A stretch of DNA of 64,000 nt, from assembly GCF_006345805.1 (NCBI RefSeq), contig NC_042997.1:57846001-57910000 (forward strand), read 5' to 3'. The notes under the pieces are model-generated. The model was not told the origin of the DNA and searched no databases. It was given only the letters and a program-made list of their open reading frames with translations. The translations under genes were made by a program, and so were the position numbers. The stretch comes from Octopus sinensis (lineage: Eukaryota). Shown one piece after another: positions 52,445 to 63,829 of this stretch. Numbering within the stretch: the stretch's first letter is position 1; each line of letters begins with the position of its first letter.

Positions 52445-53810
52445 ATGCATGCATGCATGCATGTATGTATGTGTAGATTTGTATGTTTTGTGTATGTATT
52501 CTCATGCATATAGTTGCATATCTAGACATGCTCATATATATTTAAAGGAAAAACTTCTGGAAAGTTTTACAGATTTTTTACAGTTCCAGTGATGGATTGG
52601 ATCAGTAGTCTTCGAATTAGCTTTCTCCTTTCAGGTTTTGAGAAGCCTAATTTCTCAAGACTGGTATTTAGGCAGTATGTTACATATCCCAGGGCACCAA
52701 TAATTTCAGGTATAAATCTGAACTTGTTATCTGGATAGAGTAACTGCAGATTTCTCAATAGTTCAGCTTAGGTATTCTCTTTTTCACTGATCTTCAGCTT
52801 TATGTTAACATCTGCTGGGCAGCTAAAATCTACAGCTGTGCACAGTTTCTCTTCTCTATCCCAAACCATTATATCAGGTCTGTTGTGCTCACATTTTATT
52901 GAGGTCTTCACTGGTACATTCCACCAGTATTCTTTTTTATTATGAGTGGCTATGGCTTCTACCATATTGTGGGTTCTTATTTCTTTGTCTTCGTGATTAT
53001 CCTTCCGATAGATTTCATTATAGAGTGTCCTAGCTACAACGTCATGTCTCATCGGTAGATAATACCGTGATGACATGTATGTATGTATGTATGTATGTAT
53101 GTATGTATGTATGTATGTATGTATGTATGTATGTATGTATGTATGTGTATGTATGTATGTATGTGTATGTATGTATGTATGCATGCATGCATGTATGTAT
53201 GTGTAGATTTGTATGTTTTGTGTATGTATTCTCATGCATATAGTTGCATATCTAGACATGCTCATATATATTTAAAGGAAAAACTTCTGGAAAGTTTTAC
53301 AGATTTTTTACAGTTCCAGTGATGGATTGGATCAGTAGTCTTCGAATTAGCTTTCTCCTTTCTTTTCAGGTTTTGAGAAGCCTAATTTCTCAAGACTGGT
53401 ATTTAGGCAGTATGTTACATATCCCAGGGCACCAATAATTTCAGGTATAAATCTGAACTTGTTATCTGGATAGAGTAACTGCAGATTTCTCAATAGTTCA
53501 GCTTAGGTATTCTCTTTTTCACTGATCTTCAGCTTTATGTTAACATCTGCTGGGCAGCTAAAATCTACAGCTGTGCACAGTTTCTCTTCTCTATCCCAAA
53601 CCATTATATCAGGTCTGTTGTGCTCACATTTTATTGAGGTCTTCACTGGTACATTCCACCAGTATTCTTTTTTATTATGAGTGGCTATGGCTTCTACCAT
53701 ATTGTGGGTTCTTATTTCTTTGTCTCGTGATTATCCTTCCGATAGATTTCATTATAGAGTGTCCTAGCTACAACGTCATGTCTCATCGGTAGATAATACC
53801 GTGATGACAT
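52445..53810 (-). mobile_element. Tandemly duplicated 3' fragment of an R4-clade (RLE) LINE embedded in (ATGT)n
   Basis: Two copies with a 734-bp period encode RHDVVARTLY...WWNVPVKTSIKCEHNRPDIMVWDREEKLCTAVDFSCPAD...IIGALG. (ATGT)n lies at 52400-52445, 53075-53180 and 53810-53925. Confidence 0.88.
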
Positions 53811-56049
53811 GTATGTATGTATGTATGTATGTATGTATGTATGTATGTATGTATGTATGTATGTATGTATGTATGTATGTATGTGTGTATGTATGTGTGT
53901 GTGTATGTATGTATGTATGTATATATGTACTACAGTCTTCTTTCAGTTTCTGTCTTCCAAATCTACTCATAAGGTTTTGGTTGACTCAGGGCTATAGTGG
54001 AAGACACCTCTCCAAGGACTGAACCCAAGACAACATGGTTGGGAAGCAGGCTTCTTACGCCACAGCCACACCTGCGCCTATGTAGTATGATGGGGATTTA
54101 ATTTTTATTTTTGTGGGGATGAAGCTTGTGACAAACTTGAAAACTGGTCTGGGTGGCACATGCTTTAGCTGCACCACTATATTTAAACCAGGCTTCTGGC
54201 CTGAAGATTTCCTTTGAATCATGGTTTATTTCTTCCGCTTTCCTTCATCAATCTCGTAGACCCTGCAAAAAGATCATCAGTGATATTCGTACCTTTCTTC
54301 CACTGGCGAGTTTTTGTGTTATTCCAAAGGATGGAAGGGCAAAGCCTACCACAGCGGAATTTGAACTCCGTATACTGTAAGGGGTTTAGAATGACACTCT
54401 ACTTTTTCTATTATTACATCACATTTCAAATATAGACGTTACAGAGTAAGAGCACAATAAGTTGAACTGTTCTCGGTAGATGACTGCTGCTACTTATTTT
54501 AGATTGTATGTCAGTGTTGACATTGAGAAATCATCTGGGATCTTTTCTGTATGGTGGCCACTTTTCAATTTTTTAAGTTTCTGTTCCAATTGATTTCATA
54601 TTTTGGTTTAATGATGTAGTTTTGTAGGCTAATCATTGGCATGAAATTCATTTACATCATAAATCAATAAATAAAGAGTTAATAACTTTTAAAGTTTGCA
54701 AATTCTGAGTAATTTTAGTCAATCATAAACCAGACATAGTCATGCCTGTTTCCATATAACAAGCTCTTTTGTCTGTAAGAACTCTTTTGTCTGTGAGAAA
54801 GCACATATGTTGACATGTTGTGCTAATCTTCTAAATTTGTGCTGTAAGTTTGCTATTTTGAAAAATATTAATTTGTAATGTGCTGTTTATCACATTAATT
54901 GCATATTGAATGCTTAAAGGTGCAAAATAAGTGTTGTTTACATGGTTTTTTGGTCTTTAAGGTGGTCATGTGATGTGCTAAAAATTACAGCTAAATAGAC
55001 TTTAAATCACACACCCCAAGTTGTTTTTCTTTTGTTTTTTTTCTTGCATAATCGTATGAATTCCCGTGTATAGAACACAAATTCACAAAACTTTTCTGAT
55101 AACTCAAAAAAAAACAATTTTATTTGTTTACAGTTTCATATTTGCAGAATGTTGACAAATCATGCAGTTACACACAAAATAACAGTTTCCAAATCCTGTT
55201 TTCCGACTGGGTAAAAACAATCAAACTTTAAACCTCTATTACTTTGGTAAAAATTTTTCTGGAAAAAGTGAAATACCTATTGAAATTCAGCATGGAAAAT
55301 TACATCAATACACCAAATTTTAAAATTTTCATCAAACTTTTGAAATTTTCACATGTGCAACCAAATAGAAAATATCCATCAGCTGAGCTAACAATTCCAA
55401 CTTGGGAAATTAACAAGTTAAAAAGGCTGAATATTCTGCAGACACATGATTCTTAGTTCAGATCAGTGTTAGACAACGTAACAAAAGTGGACCTTTCACA
55501 AGAGTGTAGTGAGGCTATCGATCAAGGAGGTTCTTAAATATTAAGATGGAATCTCCATTAGTCATCAAGTTGGTGAAAAACGTTAAAATTGAGATATCAA
55601 GGGTGCTTGAAAAACAAGTACAATCCAGAGATGGAAAAAAATTAAGCCTACCGCTGGATTGGTACTTTATTTATCAGTCCCAAAAGATAAAGTCGATTCG
55701 GTATGATTTGAATCCAGACTAGCAAACTGGAATGAGTACCATAACGAATTCTAATTGATGCTGTAATGATGAGCTAATTTGCAACGTTGGTGCTTATTTT
55801 CTTATTTAATGTTAACTTAACCAGGAAAAATGCATGAACATTGCAATGTTTCATTTCATTAATATTACTAAACTTCAAATGAACTGCAGTATACAATCCA
55901 TCCTAGATTTCATTCGGTGTTGACAAGACCATCTCAATTTTTCACGATTTAAACAGCAGTGGTATTGTGATAAGACACTATCATAGTTGGCATTCTCACA
56001 GTTAAGCCTTCTCTCAGTTGAATTATCTCACTAACTGGATTTTGCCTGT

Positions 56050-58015
56050 GGTTGCCTCTCTGTCATCTCCTTTTTGCCAACTAGGTTCTCACTAACTAAT
56101 TTCTTTTATTTGGCACACAGGCCATGACACAGAGGGGACAGCACAAGGACAAAACAAGAAACACTTAGGGGGTGGGATTATACATTATTTAAAAATCGAA
56201 TATAATGAAATTGGATGAATTTACACAGTACAATGAAATCAAAATGAATTTTAAAAATTACATGATGATATATTTTTTGGGTTCGTGTTTAACCCACCAT
56301 TTTTTCCCCCTTTTTTTAATTATTTTTCTTTCGTTTTTTTCCTTCTTTTCCATTCATACACTAACATGGCCCCATTCACTCTCAACTTCCTTATGACATT
56401 TGTCCATCTTTTCTCAAATGTTCTTCAAGGCAGGCACCTTTTCTCCAGAATGATCTTTCTAGACAGGTGATAGTTAAAAAAACTAACCAGCCTGTGTCCA
56501 GAGATGAAGTTGCCTGTCTCAATTCCTCTTCCATGCATCACCCATACTGTCTCTTTCAATACGGCTACTACGCAGAAAGATGACGCCTCCTTTTCCTTGT
56601 TAAAGGAGGTAGGCGGCACAATCTTGATGATAGACTCAGTCGATAACTGTACTCTTTCCGTATCTGAAACTAGTTGTTCGACATAGGTTATCAGTCCCCT
56701 CAATTCCTCACAATGTACAAAGGCATGCATGACAGTTTCACTGACACTCCCGTACCTCGGGCATGTAGGTGGGGTGCCTTGACAACCTCTCTTGAACTGG
56801 CAAGGCCGATTGGTAGCACAACCAGGCCAGGGATTTCTGGAATGTTCTTCTGAACAGGTTGACAAGCTGTTCTTCATTGAAGCCTAGAGTCTCCTGCAGG
56901 ATGTCATTGGACATGTGCTCTACCAACCCACTATAAAAATTCACAGTGGTAGCCTCGCTGCTAGTATTGCTTGCTCGGGAGAAGAGAGTGAGTACTTGTC
57001 TGCACTCCCTCTGCCATTCGCTCATTTTTGGTCTCTGCGTGATCCATGTGCCTACATCCCAAGGGATGTCAATTATAGCAGGAAGAACTTGACATGCGGT
57101 GACCATACCCGTTCACCATCCAGGTAGAGCACATCATCAGCCAAGGCATCCCTAACCCACCCTTTAACGGTTTCTGGCATCAGATGGAGCGCCTCACAAT
57201 TGGTGGTTTCCATTCCACAAAAAGCGGAAAAGGATCCGTTCCAGCTTGGTCAGTCACATCCCAGGGCAAGGCACAACTGTTAGGTGGTAGGTTATCACAG
57301 ATGCTATAAACACCTGTGCAACCTTGACCCTCCCTAGTAAGGCCATAACCCAGTCACCTTGCCTGTGACCTCGCTCCAGTTTTTTTCCATCTTGAGATCT
57401 GGTCCAAACCAGGCCCCAAGCAATTTAACTGGGCCCTCCATCCAACATCCCATGATGCTGTTGGGAGGCACTGACTTGCTTCTCCAGGTGCCAAGTTGCA
57501 AGCCAATTGATTTTTCTTGGTTAATTTTTGCTCCTGCCACCGCTTCGTATCCTTTGATGGCGTCTTCTACACGAGGTAGCTGCCCTTCATCAGACACGAT
57601 GATGGTGACATCATCCGCATATGCCGTCGCTCTCCTACTGTAACATAGATCACGTGGGTCTCCCCACCGTGGCCTCCAGCCTCCTCAGCAATAGTTTAAG
57701 GGTCAACACATACAGAAGTGGGGACAGGGGGCAGCCCTGGCAAATTGAACGTTCAATCACGAACGGCTTCAAGAAGAAACCATTCACCCGGATGATTGAA
57801 TCGATGTCGCTATACATAGCATTGATCCATCCACAGACAGTTGGGACCAGTCCGACTGCCCAGACTAACTGACCATGGCTTATGGAGTTCTTGTTTTTAT
57901 AACTATCCAAAACTAGCCAGAAGGACAGACATATTGTTGAGAACAATAGATTTTGTTGGAGGTATGTTATCTCCATTCCAGCCCCTGGTGGTCTAGAAGA
58001 GGTTAGAAGGGTCAA
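56050..58015 (-). mobile_element. 5'-truncated, decayed L1/Tx1-clade LINE ORF2
   Basis: ICQGCPLSPLLYVL, AYADDVT, GAKINQEKSIG, VKLLGAW, KSLAWLCYQSALPV and CPR...ETVMHAFVHC across frameshifted ORFs. Confidence 0.85.
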
Positions 58016-58226
58016 GTGGCGAAGACATTATTCTGCTTAGCAAGGCATCTGGCAAATGTACCTGCTGTCACTCACAGAAAAGCTATTGTTTTACTGTGAG
58101 AAAAGTGCTGTTGAACTGTTAAGTGAAATTTAGCTATCGAGGAGTGAATCCACGCCATGCCTGCATGAAGCCACTACAAATATAAAGAGATCGAAAACAT
58201 AAGTGCCAGATTGCGGAGACGCCATC

Positions 58227-58260
58227 ATGGAAAGACTAAACCCGTCAAGGATTGAAGCAG
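58227..58260 (+). CDS. Candidate first coding exon or uORF (MERLNPSRIEA)
   Basis: Strong Kozak context GCCATCATGG at 58221-58230, then G|GTAAAT donor at 58261. Confidence 0.3.
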
Positions 58261-58268
58261 GTAAATGA

Positions 58269-58301
<33 letters not shown>

Positions 58302-58780
58302 GCAAGTAAAAAATGTGTGCGTGTAGAGAGAGAACAGCTACCAAGTTTCTAAGCTATGATTCGAAATCGAATCCACATTTTGCCACAAGTCATCAACCTA
58401 TAGTTTTAGCCTGTGGCACTAAGAAATTAATGAAATTAAGATGACCTCTTAGACCTTTACGAGTTATACACGAGTGAAATCTGATACAGAGAAGTCCTTT
58501 TGTTTTGACTTGACCTTGTGACGCCCACCAGGAGCACACGTCTTTTTCTTCCTCCTTTTTCCATCCGTCGATGATAGGGAAGCAACATCAATATGTGTAG
58601 AACAACACTGCTTATACTCTCTAATTACCTCGATTTTCATTCTTCCTTTCTCTCTCTCCCTTTCTCTAGTTGTTACGGATGAATTTACTACCTACACAAT
58701 GGACTCGAGATCTACAAATAACTCCTGTACAAGTCGACGAAGTTGTATTTTCTATATTGTACCATCAGGTGCACCATATA

Positions 58781-58831
58781 TGGTGCAACTGAGCACTGTA
58801 TACAATAATTTCATTATTATAATAATAATAA
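58781..58831 (+). mobile_element. 3' tail of the CR1-like LINE family seen at 12615-13316
   Basis: TGGTGCAACTGAGCACTGTATACAATAATTTCATTATTATAATAAT matches 13280-13316. Confidence 0.75.
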
Positions 58832-59789
58832 TCACATAAATAAATACCCATCTTAATAAGCAATTGATATTGTTCTTCTGCAATCATTTATACGATGCAT
58901 CGATACACAGTTTTTACGTGTGTGTGTGTGCACGACGCGCGTGTATGTTCGTATGTATGTATGTTTGTATATATGTATGTGTGTATGTAAGTGTGAGTGT
59001 ATGGGTGGATGGATGGTTTGGTGGGTGGGTGAGTAGACGAGTATATGAATGTGTGTGAGAATATAATTTCTCTTTATTATAACAGAAGAGTCGGTTTTGT
59101 TTAAAGCAATAAAGGATCCTTTGTTACAATTTAGACAACAAATCTATTGACGTAAATGCCTTAACTACTCGTTTAGTAAGCGGATATTTTCCATCATATG
59201 ATGATGGTGCTGCTGCTGATGATGATGATGAAACGTAATCTGTTTACCAATCCAAGATTGTGTCACAGTAGCCTAACAATTGTCCAAAATGTTGTCTCAC
59301 GTTTACGAAATGATATTCAAGTTCAATGAAAAGAAAGTTTCAAATTTCTTCTTAAGGTTCGAGATTGTTAGGGATTTGGCAATAGTTAAAAATATAGCAA
59401 GTGGACATTTGCTATATGTGAGACTGCGTGTGAATGATATAACAATACCAGGCCAACATTTAATAGTAACCTTTATTTCACTGCACAAGTAATATCTAAG
59501 TTGCTCATGAACCATAAAGTTTTAACATTAAGTCAACACAGTTGAGGAATTCTGTTGCATTCATAACTAGTTGATTACCAAAGCTCTGTACTAAAGCTTG
59601 CCAAGACAAGAGAGAATATACACAGTAGATTTATTTTGGCCAGTTAAATCGTCATAGCCAAGCTGAGCTGACTTGTGAAAAATGACTATTACAAAAGGCA
59701 AGAGGATGTGTGTCGTAGGTTTGCACTCTGAAAATTGGTGCTAAAACTAACCTTTATATAACCCTTGTAGGGAAAAGTTTCAGAAGGAT

Positions 59790-59960
59790 CTATCGCGTGA
59801 AGTTTGGCGGCTGATTGGCCAAGAACTCGGACTTTCACTTGAACAAACCGTTGTTATATTGTGACTTTTAACTTCGTTATTCGACGACTTGGTTTTTGAG
59901 TCTCGCTACAAAAGAATGTTCCATATTTTGGGACCGTAAATCTGTTACTTCCGGCTACTA
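59790..59960. promoter_or_regulatory. Candidate promoter-like CpG-enriched segment
   Basis: Non-repetitive and CpG-richer than the background; TTTGGCGG (E2F-like, 59803), ATTGG (reverse CCAAT, 59814) and ACTTCCGG (ETS, 59947). Confidence 0.35.
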
Positions 59961-60441
59961 TTTTCCCTATAAAATGTTCGAGTTATTGTCGTTTTCCTGA
60001 GGTGTTTTTAGCAGTTCATGGCGTAATAGAGTTAATCTTATTTTATAGAACCTCAAACTCAGCACTAATCTGTTTCAGATAGATTTGCATCTGAGGTCTA
60101 TAAGTAGGATACAGATCAACCATTATATGGGATATTCTGTTTACAAATTGTCACATCTTTCTGTATTTGCAGCAAATCCATAAGAAATGTTATTTCAGGA
60201 CAAATACTGCAGTGACTGGTCTATCAACAGTGTCATTAAGTGTAACTTTCAGAGTATTTTAATCAAATACTGCCCCAACTGCGTATACTGTGTGTGCGCG
60301 CGATTGTATAGTCGATGGCATGGCGGTATGGCAAGAAACTTGCTTCGAGTTCAGCCCCATTGCGTGACACCTTGGGCAAGATCTTCTTGGGCCGACCAAA
60401 GCCTTGTGAATTAATTTCATAGACGGAAACTGAAAGAAGCC

Positions 60442-60506
<65 letters not shown>

Positions 60507-60994
60507 GCATGGGTGTGTTCTTGTGTTTGTTTGTGCCCCTACCATCGTTTGACAATCGGTATTGGTGCGTTTACGTCACCATAACTTAGCGGTTCGGCAA
60601 AAGTGACCAATAGAATAAGTATCCAGATTCAAAATAAGTACCAGGGTTGATTAGTTTGACTAAAATTCCTCATGGTGGTAAAAGAATAAAAGAATATATA
60701 TATATATATAATTAATTAATAAGGGTGAGAGAATTAGATACTAATTTAATAGTATATTTATTCAACACCAAGTGGCCTAGTGCTACGAGAAACCTGGATT
60801 ATTATAATATTTTATAACATATTATAATATTTTTACAAAATAAATATAAGAGAGTGGTCACTATATTGCTCACTCTAGCACCAGTTAATCCAAAAGGTTT
60901 CAACCACGAAAATACATGTTTCCCATGAAAGTTAGTACGACTGTTAGCTCACACGGACAGGGCAAATAAAAAAATAACAAAAATACAGATTATT

Positions 60995-61071
60995 TTGGGA
61001 CAATTGTTTCGCTATTAATGAATTAAATGTAATATTACTTACAAAAAATCCATTTGTAGCTCGTCAGCCAA
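60995..61071 (-). ncRNA. Type I hammerhead ribozyme, array unit 1
   Basis: Minus strand reads TTGG-CTGACGA-GCTA-[42 nt]-TAGC-GAA-ACAATTGT-C-CCAA: stem I, canonical core, stem II, palindromic stem III and GUC cleavage triplet. Confidence 0.88.
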
Positions 61072-61528
61072 GACTATCTGGATGAAATCCACTCAATCAC
61101 ACGCCAGATTTTACCATAACGATAAATACGCGTGTGGTTCAATTGATTACATCCGACGTTATAATTCAAATGCCCCAACCAACAGCGCGCCAAACTTTCA
61201 CGGAAAACAAATACAGCATTTAGAAATAAATGCAGCATAATTATAATTAATTAATAAGGGTGAGAGAATTAGATACTAATTTAATAGATATTTATTCAAC
61301 ACCAAGTGGCCTAGTGCTACGAGAAACCTGGATTATTATAATATTTTATAACATATTATAATATTTTTACAAAATAAATATAAGAGAGTGGTCACTATAT
61401 TGCTCACTCTAGCACCAGTTAATCCAAAAGGTTTCAACCACGAAAATACATGTTTCCCATGAAAGTTAGTACGACTGTTAGCTCACACGGACAGGGCAAA
61501 TAAAAAAATAACAAAAATACAGATTATT

Positions 61529-61604
61529 TTGGGACAATTGTTTCGCTATTAATGAATTAAATGTAATATTACTTACAAAAAATCCATTGTAGCTCGTCAG
61601 CCAA
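61529..61604 (-). ncRNA. Type I hammerhead ribozyme, array unit 2
   Basis: Same core and stems as unit 1; 1-nt deletion only in the stem II loop. Confidence 0.86.
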
Positions 61605-62061
61605 GACTATCTGGATGAAATCCACTCAATCACACGCCAGATTTTACCATAACGATAAATACGCGTGTGGTTCAATTGATTACATCCGACGTTATAATTC
61701 AAATGCCCCAACCAACAGCGCGCCAAACTTTCACGGAAAACAAATACAGCATTTAGAAATAAATGCAGCATAATTATAATTAATTAATAAGGGTGAGAGA
61801 ATTAGATACTAATTTAATAGTATATTTATTCAACACCAAGTGGTCTAGTGCTACGAGAAACCTGGATTATTATAATATTTTATAACATATTATAATATTT
61901 TTACAAAATAATATAAGAGAGTGGTCACTATATTGCTCACTCTAGCACCAGTTAATCCAAAAGGTTTCAACCACGAAAATACATGTTTCCCATGAAAGTT
62001 AGTACGACTGTTAGCTCACACGGACAGGGCAAATAAAAAAATAACAAAAATACAGATTATT

Positions 62062-62136
62062 TTGGGACAATTGTTTCGCTATTAATGAATTAATGTAATA
62101 TTACTTACAAAAAATCCATTGTAGCTCGTCAGCCAA
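62062..62136 (-). ncRNA. Type I hammerhead ribozyme, array unit 3
   Basis: Same core and stems; two 1-nt deletions in the stem II loop. Confidence 0.86.
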
Positions 62137-62591
62137 GACTATCTGGATGAAATCCACTCAATCACACGCCAGATTTTACCATAACGATAAATACGCGTGT
62201 GGTTCAATTGATTACATCCGACGTTATAATTCAAATGCCCCAACCAACAGCGCGCCAAACTTTCACGGAAAACAAATACAGCATTTAGAAATAAATGCAG
62301 CATAATTATAATTAATTAATAAGGGTGAGAGAATTAGATACTAATTTAATAGTATATTTATTCAACACCAAGTGGCCTAGTGCTACGAGAAACTGGATTA
62401 TTATAATATTTTATAACATATATAATATTTTTACAAAATAAATATAAGAGAGTGGTCACTATATGCTCACTCTAGCACCAGTTAATCCAAAAGGTTTCAA
62501 CCACGAAAATACATGTTTCCCATGAAAGTTAGTACGACTGTTAGCTCACACGGACAGGGCAAATAAAAAAATAACAAAAATACAGATTATT

Positions 62592-62668
62592 TTGGGACAA
62601 TTGTTTCGCTATTAATGAATTAAATGTAATATTACTTACAAAAAATCCATTTGTAGCTCGTCAGCCAA
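62592..62668 (-). ncRNA. Type I hammerhead ribozyme, array unit 4
   Basis: Identical to the unit 1 motif. Confidence 0.86.
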
Positions 62669-63221
62669 GACTATCTGGATGAAATCCACTCAATCACACG
62701 CCAGATTTTACCATAACGATAAATACGCGTGTGGTTCAATTGATTACATCCGACGTTATAATTCAAATGCCCCAACCAACAGCGCGCCAAACTTTCACGG
62801 AAAACAAATACAGCATTTAGAAATAAATGCAGCATAATTATAATTAATTAATAAGGGTGAGAGAATTAGATACTAATTTAATAGTATATTTATTCAACAC
62901 CAAGTGGCCTAGTGATACGAGAAACCTGGATTATTATAATATTTTATAACATATTATAATATTTTTACAAAATAAATATAAGAGAGTGGTCACTATATTG
63001 CTCACTCTAGCAATTAGTATCTAATTCTCTCACCCTTATTAATTAATTATAATTATGCTGCATTTATTTCTAAATGCTGTATTTGTTTTCCGTGAAAGTT
63101 TGGCGCGCTGTTGGTTGGGGCATTTGAATTATAACGTCGGATGTAATCAATTGAACCACACGCGTATTTATCGTTATGGTAAAATCTGGCGTGTGATTGA
63201 GTGGATTTCATCCAGATAGTC

Positions 63222-63298
63222 TTGGCTGACGAGCTACAAATGGATTTTTTGTAAGTAATATTACATTTAATTCATTAATAGCGAAACAATTGTCCCAA
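63222..63298 (+). ncRNA. Type I hammerhead ribozyme, inverted arm copy 1
   Basis: Plus strand TTGG CTGACGA GCTA...TAGC GAA ACAATTGT C CCAA. Confidence 0.86.
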
Positions 63299-63752
63299 AA
63301 TAATCTGTATTTTTGTTATTTTTTTATTTGCCCTGTCCGTGTGAGCTAACAGTCGTACTAACTTTCATGGAAACATGTATTTTCGTGGTTGAAACCTTTT
63401 GGATTACTGGTGCTAGAGTGAGCAATATAGTGACCACTCTCTTATATTTATTTTGTAAAAATATTATAATATGTTATAAAATATTATAATAATCCAGGTT
63501 TCTCGTAGCACTAGGCCACTTGGTGTTGAATAATATACTATTAAATTAGTATCTAATTCTCTCACCCTTATTAATTAATTATAATTATGCTGCATTTATT
63601 TCTAAATGCTGTATTGTTTTCCGTGAAAGTTTGGCGCGCTGTTGGTTGGGGCATTTGAATTATAACGTCGGATGTAATCAATTGAACCACACGCGTATTT
63701 ATCGTTATGGTAAAATCTGGCGTGTGATTGAGTGGATTTCATCCAGATAGTC

Positions 63753-63829
63753 TTGGCTGACGAGCTACAAATGGATTTTTTGTAAGTAATATTACATTTA
63801 ATTCATTAATAGCGAAACAATTGTCCCAA
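63753..63829 (+). ncRNA. Type I hammerhead ribozyme, inverted arm copy 2
   Basis: Same motif on the plus strand. Confidence 0.86.
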
